Numbered from the stretch's first letter, positions 8,072 through 17,009 are shown. The stretch: DNA of 64,000 nucleotides from Pseudomonas sp. (GCA_036675275.1 JAKFFG010000027.1:4113-68112), one strand, 5' to 3'. A program made the numbers and translations. The notes: generated from the sequence alone by a model not told the origin.

Positions 8072-10822
8072 TCAGCGTACTGGCTTATCCGTAGACGCCC
8101 CGATGCGCGTCACTGCCAGGATAGTGGCCAGAAGTTCTCTCGGGTCCACCGGCTTGCCCACATGAACCTGGAATCCGGCCAGCAATGCGCGCAAGCGGTC
8201 TTCCCTTTCACTGTAGCCGGACAGCGCAATGGCGGGCAGGCGTTCCGCCAACGATAAACCGCGTTGCGCCTCGAGTTTGCGGATATCGGTAATTACCTGA
8301 TATCCGTCCGGTTCGCCCAGCGATATATCGCATACGAGTACATCCGGCCATTGGGGCCGCGCGCTTTCGTGCAATCGCGATAAGAGTGACCCTCCGGAGT
8401 CGAATACTTCCACTTGCGCGCCGTGGTCCTGAAGAACGGCGGCCAGCAATTCCCTGGCTTCTTGCTGGTCGTCCGCAACGAAAATGCGAACGCTTTGCAG
8501 GACGTGGTCCAGCTCTTGCGCAACCGGCGTCGCCGGCGCCAGCGATGCGACAGCCCGTAGCGGCAGCCGGATGGAGAATGTCATTCCGGAACCGTCGCTT
8601 GCAGGCCTCACGTCGAAGCTGCCGCCCATCTGCTCCAGCATCGCGGTCACCGCCAACGGATCCAGCAAATGCGACAATCTCACCGGCTGCGATTCGTCCA
8701 CAGCGGCCGGAGCAGTATCCGACGAAGTCAGGCGTCCGTCGGTCACTGAAATGAGCGCCGCCCCTTCCGAGCGTTCCAGCCGCAACTCAAGGCGTCCGCC
8801 GGACGGCGTGAAAGCGATCGCGTTATCCAGCACATCGCATACGAGTTGCTGCAATGCGCTGGGATCACCCGTGACACGCAGGGTGTCCGTGCTGATCAGC
8901 GGATACAGCACTATTCCCTGGGACTCGCTGGCCGGACGCATCGCATCCAGCACACCGGCCACCAGAGCCACGAGATTCACCGGTTGAGCGCTCAGCCGGG
9001 ATCCGGATTCATCCAGTTCGTTTTGCTGCCGTTGCAAATGCCACATCTGGGCATACAAGCCTTTGGCACGCAGCAGATCCGCGTGCGAACCACGCTCGAC
9101 AATGCAGCCGTGATCCATGACCAGTATCGTGTCGGCATTCACTATCGTGGACAGTCTATGGGCGATGATCAATGTGCTTCTGCCCTGCGCAAGACGGTCG
9201 AGTTCCTCCTGAATAGCACGCTCTGTGCGGGTATCCAGCGCCGACGTTGCCTCGTCGAAGATAAGCAGGGGCGGATTCTTCAGTACCGCGCGGGCAATGG
9301 CAATGCGCTGCCGTTCGCCCCCGGAGAGCTTCACCCCGCGTTCGCCCACCATGGTTTCATATTGGGCCGGCAAGCTCTGGATCAATTCGTGAATCCGGGC
9401 GGCCTTGGCCGCCTCAATAACATCGGCGGGCGTGGCGCCAACCCGGCCATAGGCGATGTTGTATGCAATCGTATTGTTGAACAGCAGAGAGTCCTGCGGC
9501 ACCACCCCTATCATGGACCGCAGGCTTTTCTGGCTGACCGAGCGTACGTCCTGGCCATCCACTTCGATACTCCCGCCATCAACGTCATAAAAATGCAGCA
9601 GCAGGCGAGCCAGCGTGGACTTGCCCGAACCGCTACCCCCCACCACTGCAACGGTCGCCCCCGGCTCGATGCGGAAATCCACCCCGTGCAGTATCTGGCG
9701 TCCCGGCTCGTAGGAGAAGTCGACCTTGGCAAACTCGACGGCGCCACCGCTGAAGCGCAATGCAGGCAGAACTTCCGCAGGATCGGATTCAGGCGGATAA
9801 CGCAAAAGCTCGGACATCCGTTCGGCGTTGATCAGCGCCTCGCGCGCCTGCCGAAAGCTGAGACCCAGTGTATTCAGCGGCAGGCAGACCTGTATTACAT
9901 AGGCGTTGACCAGTATAAGATCGCCGACCGCCATGTTTCCGCTGACCACTTCCTGGCCGGCCAACAACATTATCGCGGCAACGCCAAACGCAATGATCCC
10001 GCTTTGCCCCACGTGCAGAACCGACAGGGCTCGCTGGTTATCCACCCCTATGCCTATCCATTTCTTCATGATGTCGCGCAAGCGTTGCGACTCGACTTGG
10101 TCGCTGGCATAGAACTTCACCGTTTCATAATTGAGCAGACTATCGACCAGATGGCCATTGGCCGCGGAGTCCAGTTCATTCAGCTGCCGCTGGTACAGCG
10201 TACGCCTTTCAGTGAAGACGACGGTGAATATCGCATAGATGACAAAAGTGGCCAGCACGATGGCCGCGAATCCGAAGTGGTAAGCCATCATCATAATGAC
10301 CACGACGGAGACGATCTCGATCAGGGTGGGCAATACCGTAAACAGTGCAGTACCCAATAAGAAGCCGATGCCGGCTGTGCCCCTTTCCACATCGCGCGAT
10401 AGAACGCCTGTCTGCCGGCCGCCAAGGAACTTCACGCCCAGGCTATGCAGATGATCGAACATGCGCACGGTAAAGTCCGCAACTGCCGTTTGGGTAACGC
10501 GGGCAAAGACCAGGTCGCGCAGTTCCGTGAACAAGCCGGACGAGAAGCGCAGCAAGGCATAGCCTATCAGGAGAAAAACCGGCAACGTCAGTGTTGCGGA
10601 GCTTGAATCCAATGTATCTACGATGCGCTTGAGGGCGACCGGCACCAGGACCGCCAACAGCTTTGCCGCAATGAGCAAGACCAGGGCCGCAGCCGCGCGG
10701 CGCCTGAATCGCCATAAAACCTGGCCTACGGTCTTGAAAATTTCACGGCGCGCAAACACCGATGTCCCCGCATCACCGGTTCCGGAGCGAGTCGAATGCG
10801 GATCGCTGGCCGAGCCTTCCAT
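8072..10822 (-). CDS. ATM1/HMT1-type ABC exporter (TMD+NBD) fused to a HATPase_c-like domain and a CheY-like receiver domain
   Basis: Single uninterrupted ORF. Transporter motifs are Walker A GGSGSGKST, signature LSGGERQR, Walker B LLIFDEATSALD and IIAHRLS. It continues into an N-box-like LVCDVLDNAIAFTPSGG ...GMTFSIRLPL, then a receiver (VADDQQ, VLVCDISLGEPDG, ALSGY, HVGKP). The ATG at 10822 with GAGGA 5 nt upstream is preferred over the TTG at 10834. Confidence 0.85.
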   Translation of the reverse strand: MEGSASDPHSTRSGTGDAGTSVFARREIFKTVGQVLWRFRRRAAAALVLLIAAKLLAVLVPVALKRIVDTLDSSSATLTLPVFLLIGYALLRFSSGLFTELRDLVFARVTQTAVADFTVRMFDHLHSLGVKFLGGRQTGVLSRDVERGTAGIGFLLGTALFTVLPTLIEIVSVVVIMMMAYHFGFAAIVLATFVIYAIFTVVFTERRTLYQRQLNELDSAANGHLVDSLLNYETVKFYASDQVESQRLRDIMKKWIGIGVDNQRALSVLHVGQSGIIAFGVAAIMLLAGQEVVSGNMAVGDLILVNAYVIQVCLPLNTLGLSFRQAREALINAERMSELLRYPPESDPAEVLPALRFSGGAVEFAKVDFSYEPGRQILHGVDFRIEPGATVAVVGGSGSGKSTLARLLLHFYDVDGGSIEVDGQDVRSVSQKSLRSMIGVVPQDSLLFNNTIAYNIAYGRVGATPADVIEAAKAARIHELIQSLPAQYETMVGERGVKLSGGERQRIAIARAVLKNPPLLIFDEATSALDTRTERAIQEELDRLAQGRSTLIIAHRLSTIVNADTILVMDHGCIVERGSHADLLRAKGLYAQMWHLQRQQNELDESGSRLSAQPVNLVALVAGVLDAMRPASESQGIVLYPLISTDTLRVTGDPSALQQLVCDVLDNAIAFTPSGGRLELRLERSEGAALISVTDGRLTSSDTAPAAVDESQPVRLSHLLDPLAVTAMLEQMGGSFDVRPASDGSGMTFSIRLPLRAVASLAPATPVAQELDHVLQSVRIFVADDQQEARELLAAVLQDHGAQVEVFDSGGSLLSRLHESARPQWPDVLVCDISLGEPDGYQVITDIRKLEAQRGLSLAERLPAIALSGYSEREDRLRALLAGFQVHVGKPVDPRELLATILAVTRIGASTDKPVR

Positions 10823-10840
10823 AATAGTCCTCAAGCAATT

Positions 10841-11740
10841 TTATGGCGGAGTCATATCGGCGCCATTCTCTGATTCCTTTTCAGCCGAGACGCGCGAGCC
10901 GTATCGGCGCGCATACGCCCAGGTGAATTCAGCACCCAGGAGAAACACCTGGGCGGCGTAGTACACCCAGATCAATACCATTACCAAGGAGCCCGCCGCC
11001 GTGAGCGAGGAGATCGTGGAGCTCTTGCCGACGTAAAGCGCGATGAGAGCCTTGCCCACCTCAAACAGAACAGCAGTCACGAAGGCGCCCACCCATACAT
11101 CGCGCCAGTCTATCTTCGCCTGCGGCATGAACTTATAGATCATCGCGAACAGTACGGTGGCAATCCCCAGCGAAACGACAGCATTGATGACCTGTAGCAA
11201 AAGCTCCCATCCCGGGAACAAGCCGGTGGACCACTGGCCCAATGCCGCCAGGGCGGCGCTCAGGATCAAGGACACGAGCAACAGGAACGCCAGACCCAGA
11301 ACGAGGCCGAAGGAAAGCAGGCGGGCGCGCAACGTCGCCAATATGCCGGTCTTTGCCGTCGCCGGTACCCTCCATATACGATCCAGGGCACTTTGCAACT
11401 CTGCAAATACCGTGGTCGAACCGACAACCAATACGATTACGCTGAAGAGCGTAGCGGTAACGCCCTGCGCGGGTTTGTCGGCGCTCTTGATCAGATTCTG
11501 CACTCCCGATGCACTTTCGGTGCCGACCATGCCTCCAATCTGACGTATGATTTCTCCACGCACCGCCTCTTCGCCCCACACAAAGCCGGCGACAGCGATA
11601 ACGATGATCAGGAGGGGTGCGATGGAAAAAGTCGTGTAGAAAGCAATGGCTGCACCCATGCTGGAAGCGCGGTCATCCTGCCAGGCCGCCACCGACTCTT
11701 TGCCCAATTGAAAAAATTCCTTTACACGCATCCCGGGCAT
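10841..11740 (-). CDS. YihY/BrkB (virulence factor BrkB / former RNase BN) family inner-membrane protein
   Basis: 299 aa. The sequence WQDDRASSMGAAIAFYTTFSIAPLLI plus about 6 TM segments is characteristic of YihY. Its stop lies 18 nt before the ABC fusion start. Confidence 0.85.
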   Translation of the reverse strand: MPGMRVKEFFQLGKESVAAWQDDRASSMGAAIAFYTTFSIAPLLIIVIAVAGFVWGEEAVRGEIIRQIGGMVGTESASGVQNLIKSADKPAQGVTATLFSVIVLVVGSTTVFAELQSALDRIWRVPATAKTGILATLRARLLSFGLVLGLAFLLLVSLILSAALAALGQWSTGLFPGWELLLQVINAVVSLGIATVLFAMIYKFMPQAKIDWRDVWVGAFVTAVLFEVGKALIALYVGKSSTISSLTAAGSLVMVLIWVYYAAQVFLLGAEFTWAYARRYGSRVSAEKESENGADMTPP

Positions 11741-11755
11741 CCTTTCAACGCGCCA

Positions 11756-12265
11756 TCACGACTTATCCAGATCGGGCGCGTCCCGTTGTGCCAAAGCGCG
11801 CCCCTTGGCGACGGCCTTAAGGCAATGGGCAATGGTTGCGGCAAACGCTTCGTCATACCAGGGGTTGGCACCGCTGACGCCGACCACAATCCCCTCAATG
11901 GCCACGCCGCCCCAGATCCCGCAGTCGCCTGCCTGCAATAGATGAGGCAGCACATGGCGCACAGTATGCCCGTCACGGCCGGTGCGCCAGCATACCTTCG
12001 CCTTGTCACGCGCGAAGCGGGCATAGTCGGCGTCCCATTTGTCCTGATCGCCGATGGCATGTTCATAAAGAATTGCGTCGTCGAACTCGCTGACCGAAGG
12101 ATCCAGACCCGGATCCATGATGACGATGTAAAGAAAACCGCTCTCCCCGACAGTTGCGTTATGTACACCCTGCTCGAGCATCGGAAGAGCCAGATTGACG
12201 GCCTGCCTGGCCGCATCCTGATCTGCAAAGTAACTGCCCGAAGCCCGCTGTCGCCCTGAATTCAT
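11756..12265 (-). CDS. GlcG/HbpS-like (DUF336) putative heme/cofactor-binding protein
   Basis: The ATG at 12265 is preceded by GGGAGG. The C-terminal GGVAIEGIVVGVSGANPWYDEAFAATIA resembles the GlcG motif GG.P....G.IGAVGVSG. No signal peptide is seen. Its stop lies 15 nt before yihY. Confidence 0.55.
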   Translation of the reverse strand: MNSGRQRASGSYFADQDAARQAVNLALPMLEQGVHNATVGESGFLYIVIMDPGLDPSVSEFDDAILYEHAIGDQDKWDADYARFARDKAKVCWRTGRDGHTVRHVLPHLLQAGDCGIWGGVAIEGIVVGVSGANPWYDEAFAATIAHCLKAVAKGRALAQRDAPDLDKS

Positions 12266-12387
12266 CAATTTGCCTCCCATTCGCCTTACGGTTTGGCGCT
12301 GGAAGGAGCACAGCAAGCGGCATGCCGCCGACAATTTCGTCGACGGAAAGCTACCCAAATTCACCCTTATCGTGTTCAATATGCTCC

Positions 12388-13677
12388 ATGTCTTATCACA
12401 CAGCTCCCTCGGATCAACAAGATAACGCCGAATCGCCTTATGCCTGGGCGCGTCTGATCGTGTCGCTCCTGCTTATGACCATAGGCGGATCCGGCATGTA
12501 TTCCGTTACTGTCGTGCTGCCTCAAATACAGGCCGAATTCGGCGTGAGCCGCGCCGACGCCTCGCTGCCGTATACGCTGACGATGGTGGGATTTGGCCTG
12601 GGCGGCATCTTGATGGGACGGCTATCGGACCGGTTCGGGGTCATTATTCCAATAGTCGTCGGCACCCTGGGACTGAGCCTGGGCTTTATCGTGGCCGGTC
12701 TTTCGTCCAGCCTCTGGCAATTCGTGCTGGTACAAGGCCTGTTCATCGGGCTGCTGGGCACGGCGGCAACCTTTGCTCCTTTGGTTGCCGATACCTCGCA
12801 GTGGTTTACCAAACGCCGGGGAATCGCCATAGCCATATGCATGAGCGGCAACTATCTGGCGGGCGCTGTCTGGCCTCCCATAATGCAGTACTTCATCGAT
12901 ACGTCGGGATGGCGCTATACCTATGTCGGTATTGGGGTGTTTTGCCTGCTGTCCATGCTGCCGCTGGCCCTGGTGTATCGCAAGCGGGCCCCTTCCACCA
13001 GCGTCGTGATCAATACAAGCTCGAACAAGAATGCCCGATTCGCGATGGAAGCGGCTGCCTCTGATCCGAACCGGCCTCTCGGATTCAGCCCGACTGCCCT
13101 GCAAGGGCTGTTGTGCATTGCTGGGGTGGCCTGCTGTGTTGCCATGGCAATGCCGCAAGTGCATATCGTGGCCTATTGCGGCGACCTGGGCTTTGGCGCT
13201 GCACGCGGGGCCGAGATGCTGGCCCTGATGCTGGGTCTGGGCATCGTCAGCCGCCTTGCTTCGGGATGGCTGTCCGATCACATCGGCGGATTGCGCACCC
13301 TGCTGGTCGGCTCCCTTCTGCAAGGTGTTGCGCTCGTGATGTTCCTGAACAATAACGGGCTGGTTTCACTCTACATTATCTCGGCGCTTTTCGGCTTGTT
13401 TCAGGGCGGCATCGTGCCGTCGTACGCCCTGATCGTGCGCGAATATTTCACGCCCAAAGAAGCAGGCGCGCGCGTAGGCACTGTGCTCATGGCGACGCTG
13501 TTTGGAATGGCACTGGGCGGCTGGATGTCAGGTGCAATTTATGATCTCACCGGCTCTTATCAAGCAGCTTTCGTCAACGGCATAGTGTGGAATCTGGTGA
13601 ATCTGAGCATCGTCGGTTTCCTGCTATACCGGGCAAAGCGCGGCCTGGGAGCCGCCGGCACCCCGATTCGAGCTTAG
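12388..13677 (+). CDS. MFS transporter (oxalate/formate antiporter-like)
   Basis: 12-TM MFS-like sequence including GGILMGRLSDRFG (the loop 2-3 motif). The start is uncertain: 12388 ATG or the ORF-track ATG at 12322. Confidence 0.8.
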   Translation: MSYHTAPSDQQDNAESPYAWARLIVSLLLMTIGGSGMYSVTVVLPQIQAEFGVSRADASLPYTLTMVGFGLGGILMGRLSDRFGVIIPIVVGTLGLSLGFIVAGLSSSLWQFVLVQGLFIGLLGTAATFAPLVADTSQWFTKRRGIAIAICMSGNYLAGAVWPPIMQYFIDTSGWRYTYVGIGVFCLLSMLPLALVYRKRAPSTSVVINTSSNKNARFAMEAAASDPNRPLGFSPTALQGLLCIAGVACCVAMAMPQVHIVAYCGDLGFGAARGAEMLALMLGLGIVSRLASGWLSDHIGGLRTLLVGSLLQGVALVMFLNNNGLVSLYIISALFGLFQGGIVPSYALIVREYFTPKEAGARVGTVLMATLFGMALGGWMSGAIYDLTGSYQAAFVNGIVWNLVNLSIVGFLLYRAKRGLGAAGTPIRA

Positions 13678-13721
13678 GCCGCGTCAAGAATTAGAGCTTA
13701 GGCCGCGTCAAGAATACGCTT

Positions 13722-14630
13722 TCAGCTCTCAAAAGATAGGGCCATGAAATCCACAAAAGCGCGCACGCGCGCGGAATGCTGGCGGCCTTGCAGGTAGGTT
13801 GCGTAGATATCGGCGTCGGGCGTTTGATAATCGACAAGCACTTGCACCAATCGTCCACTGGTCAAGTAGCGGGAAATATCCCATTCAGCCCGCATCAATA
13901 TTCCATGACCGTCCAGCGCCCAATTGACGGCGGCTTCTCCGTCGTTGGTCCTGAGCGTCCCATGCACCCGCACGGTCTCGGTGTTGCGCGACGTCCCGGC
14001 TCCCGTCGTCAACCGCCAGACTCCGTATGCCTCATCGCCCTGCTCTATGCGTATGCAATTGTGCCTGGAAAGATCGGCAGGAATGCGCGGCGCACCGTGC
14101 TGCGCCAAGTAAGCGGGTGAAGCGCACAACAGGCGGCGGTTTGCCGTCAGGCGCCGGGCAATGATACGCGCCTCGGGCGGCTCTCCGAAGCGCACGCCCA
14201 CATCGAAGGCGTCATCACTGAACGCCGGAGGATCGACCGACAGCTGAAGCTGTACTTCGACTTCGGGATACGCGTGCATGAAGCGCGAAATGAGCGGCGC
14301 CACGTAGCTGCGGCCGAAGCCCGGCGTCGCATTGACGCGCAACAGCCCCCGGGGCGCAATCCGGGATCCAGCCAGCGATTGCTCCATGTCGTCTATCTCG
14401 GCCAGTATGCGCCGCGCATGGAGAAGGTACAGCTCGCCCTCCGGAGTGAGGTGCATGCGGCGGGTGGTTCGTGTAACAAGGGTGACGCCCAACCGCGCTT
14501 CCATCTGTGCCAGGCGCTTACTGACCGCGGGCGTGGAGATTCCGAGTTTGCGCGCCGCCGCACTCAAGGCCCCGCATGAAGCCAGCATCGAGAAAAAAGC
14601 CAGCTCGGACGGATGGGCATTTGAATTCAT
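13722..14630 (-). CDS. LysR-family transcriptional regulator
   Basis: 302 aa with wHTH FFSMLASCGALSAAARKLGISTPAVSKRLAQME. It is divergent from the dmlA-like gene. Confidence 0.9.
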   Translation of the reverse strand: MNSNAHPSELAFFSMLASCGALSAAARKLGISTPAVSKRLAQMEARLGVTLVTRTTRRMHLTPEGELYLLHARRILAEIDDMEQSLAGSRIAPRGLLRVNATPGFGRSYVAPLISRFMHAYPEVEVQLQLSVDPPAFSDDAFDVGVRFGEPPEARIIARRLTANRRLLCASPAYLAQHGAPRIPADLSRHNCIRIEQGDEAYGVWRLTTGAGTSRNTETVRVHGTLRTNDGEAAVNWALDGHGILMRAEWDISRYLTSGRLVQVLVDYQTPDADIYATYLQGRQHSARVRAFVDFMALSFES

Positions 14631-14649
14631 GATTTCTTTCCAGCCATTG

Positions 14650-14664
14650 TTAACTCCAGGTTAA
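14650..14664. promoter_or_regulatory. Candidate LysR box (T-N11-A core inside the perfect dyad TTAAC-N5-GTTAA)
   Basis: TTAACTCCAGGTTAA lies in the 122-nt divergent intergenic region between the LysR gene and the dmlA-like gene. Confidence 0.4.
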
Positions 14665-14752
14665 TGGTGGTTTCACCAAGCGCCGCATATTTTGCCGTGG
14701 ATTGCTCCTATAGTGTTCAACATAGAAAAGCACCCGAAGGAGAACCACCCGC

Positions 14753-15829
14753 ATGAAGACATATCGTATCGCCACAATTCCAGGCGACGGCATAGGAAAG
14801 GAAGTCATTCCGGCCGGCCAACAGCTGCTTGAAACGCTGGCCAATACTGGCACATCCTTTTCTTTCGAATTCGAAAATTTCGATTGGGGCGGTGACTACT
14901 ACCGCCAACATGGCGTGATGATGCCGGACGACGGCCTGGACGCCTTGCGCAACAAGGATGCCATCTTATTTGGTTCTGCCGGCGACCCGCATATTCCCGA
15001 CCACATCACGCTTTGGGGACTGCGCCTGAAAATATGTCAGGGATTCGATCAATACGCCAATGTCAGGCCCACGCGCATTCTGCCCGGGATAGACGCGCCT
15101 TTGAAGCGCTGCGCGACCGGTGACCTTGATTGGGTCATCGTGCGCGAGAACTCTGAAGGAGAGTATTCGGGTGTGGGCGGTCGGGTCCACCAGGGCCAGC
15201 CTATCGAAGCCGCCACTGATGTATCCATCATGACGCGGGCCGGCGTAGAGCGGATCATGCGTTTCGCCTTCAAGCTCGCGCAGTCGCGCCCACGCAAGCT
15301 TCTTACCGTCATCACCAAATCAAACGCCCAGCGCCATGCCATGGTTATGTGGGACGAAATTGCCCGGCAAGTGTCGGCTGAATTTCCGGATGTCACCTGG
15401 GACAAAGAACTGGTCGATGCCGCAACAGCGCGCATGGTGAACCGTCCGGCAACGCTGGACACAATAGTAGCCACCAATCTGCACGCAGACATTCTGAGCG
15501 ACCTGGCTGCAGCACTGGCGGGCAGCCTGGGCATCGCGCCCACAGGGAACATCGATCCCGAACGCCGTTACCCGTCCATGTTCGAACCCATCCATGGTTC
15601 GGCGTTCGACATCATGGGCAAGGGCCTGGCCAACCCGGTAGGCACTTTCTGGTCCGTTGTCATGCTTCTGGAGCACCTGGGCGAAACCAGCGCAGCGCGG
15701 CGCACCATGAGCGCCATCGAACGCATTACATCAGACTCCAGCCTGCATACCGGAGATCTAGGGGGAACGGCCGGCACCGCCGACGTTACACGAGCCATGT
15801 GTCAACAGATCGCTAGCGGGGCGAATTAA
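14753..15829 (+). CDS. dmlA: Tartrate dehydrogenase/decarboxylase / D-malate dehydrogenase (isocitrate/isopropylmalate dehydrogenase family)
   Basis: 358 aa. MKTYRIATIPGDGIGKEV..., YANVRPTR, VRENSEGEYSG and NLHADILSDLAAALAGSLGIAP are close to the E. coli DmlA/TtuC pattern as I recall it. Confidence 0.85.
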   Translation: MKTYRIATIPGDGIGKEVIPAGQQLLETLANTGTSFSFEFENFDWGGDYYRQHGVMMPDDGLDALRNKDAILFGSAGDPHIPDHITLWGLRLKICQGFDQYANVRPTRILPGIDAPLKRCATGDLDWVIVRENSEGEYSGVGGRVHQGQPIEAATDVSIMTRAGVERIMRFAFKLAQSRPRKLLTVITKSNAQRHAMVMWDEIARQVSAEFPDVTWDKELVDAATARMVNRPATLDTIVATNLHADILSDLAAALAGSLGIAPTGNIDPERRYPSMFEPIHGSAFDIMGKGLANPVGTFWSVVMLLEHLGETSAARRTMSAIERITSDSSLHTGDLGGTAGTADVTRAMCQQIASGAN

Positions 15830-15858
15830 AGAAGCATTCACACAAAGGAGACAAAGCC

Positions 15859-16866
15859 ATGAGAAGCAGACGATTTACAACTGCGGGCAAGCACGCCATC
15901 AAGTACACAATGATGGCTGCAACAGTGCTGGCGACAGCAATTCTAGGCCCCGGCGCATCGGCCCAAGGCTGGCCGACCAAGCCAATAAGCCTGATCGTCC
16001 CGTTTGCCGCGGGCGGCACCACCGATGTTCTTGCCCGCGCTTTGGGCGACAAGCTGTCGATTTCGTTGGGGCAACCGGTAATCGTGGAGAACAAGCCCGG
16101 CGCGGGTGCGACGCTAGGCGCCGATATCGTCGCACGCGCCAAGCCGGACGGCTACACCTTGCTGATGGGTGCCGTTCATCACACCATAGCCACCAGCGTT
16201 TATAAGAAGCTTCCTTACGACTTTCAAAAAAGCTTCGAGCCAGTCACCACGGTGGCCCTGGTACCCAATGTGCTGGTGATCAATGCCGCAAACACCAATG
16301 CCAGTACACCTGAGGAGCTCATTGCACTGGCCAAAAAAGCCGCCCCGAGCATGGCATTCGGCTCAAACGGGTATGGAACCCTGCAGCATCTCATCGGCGC
16401 TCAATTCGCCTCGCAAAACGGGATAGAGCTGCTGCACGTGCCTTATAAAGGCAGCGGCCCATTGACGACCGACCTGCTCGGCGGCCAGGTCGCCATGTCT
16501 TTCGATACGGTTACTCCCGTACTACCCCATGTACAAAGCGGCAAGCTGCGGGCACTGGGCGTTACCACAGCCAAGCGATCCTCGGCCCTGCCGGACACCC
16601 CTACCCTGAACGAGGCCGGCCTGAAGGACTTTGATCTGGGGACCTGGTTCGGTGTACTGGCGCCCGCCGGCACGCCGGTGAATGTTCTCGACAAGCTGAA
16701 TAAAGAGATGGTCAAGGTGATCCATTCGCCTGACTTCCGTGACCGCATGAGCAAGATAGGAGCCGAAGTAATAGGCAATACGCGCGACGAAATGGCCAAG
16801 CAGATAGATGACGACACCAAGCGCTTTGCCACCATCATCAAAAAAGCCAATATCACCGTCAACTGA
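15859..16866 (+). CDS. Bug-family (TctC-like) tripartite tricarboxylate transporter periplasmic solute receptor
   Basis: 335 aa with a signal peptide, then WPTKPISLIVPFAAGGTTDVLAR and VENKPGAGAT, which are hallmarks of Bordetella uptake gene family proteins. Confidence 0.9.
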   Translation: MRSRRFTTAGKHAIKYTMMAATVLATAILGPGASAQGWPTKPISLIVPFAAGGTTDVLARALGDKLSISLGQPVIVENKPGAGATLGADIVARAKPDGYTLLMGAVHHTIATSVYKKLPYDFQKSFEPVTTVALVPNVLVINAANTNASTPEELIALAKKAAPSMAFGSNGYGTLQHLIGAQFASQNGIELLHVPYKGSGPLTTDLLGGQVAMSFDTVTPVLPHVQSGKLRALGVTTAKRSSALPDTPTLNEAGLKDFDLGTWFGVLAPAGTPVNVLDKLNKEMVKVIHSPDFRDRMSKIGAEVIGNTRDEMAKQIDDDTKRFATIIKKANITVN

Positions 16867-16891
16867 CAGAGCGGCAGCCGGATGCCGGGCC

Positions 16892-16924
16892 AAGGCCTTG
16901 CAAGCAGACAGCTTGTAAGGCCTT
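16892..16924. terminator. Stem-loop (13-bp arms, one mismatch) between the Bug gene and the pseudo-tRNA; possible bidirectional terminator
   Basis: AAGGCCTTGCAAG-cagacag-CTTGTAAGGCCTT followed by TGATTTATT. It is the homolog of the hairpin 3' of the intact tRNA-Pro. Confidence 0.5.
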
Positions 16925-16932
16925 TGATTTAT

Positions 16933-17009
16933 TGGTCGGAACGGAGGGATTCGAACCTTCGCTCCCTTGCACCCCATGCAAGTGCGCTACCACGCTGCGC
17001 TAAGGCGCG
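16933..17009 (-). pseudogene. Degenerate tRNA-Pro(GGG)-like copy (pseudo-tRNA)
   Basis: The reverse complement matches the tRNA at 25037-25113 through the D arm, anticodon arm (loop AUGGGGU) and 3' end CGTTCCGACCA. However, the 5' acceptor strand is CGCGCCT, giving 3 mismatches against the 3' strand. The T stem also carries an A:C mismatch (GAAGG/CCCTC). Confidence 0.7.

Noticed and set aside
16522-16977. ORFs 16522-16977 (-) and 25069-25257 (+) begin with nearly identical peptides, MGCKG(A/S)KVRI(P/L)PFRPI.
   Set aside because: The shared peptide is simply a translation through the duplicated tRNA-Pro sequence and its terminator. It was useful only as the clue to the inverted repeat.
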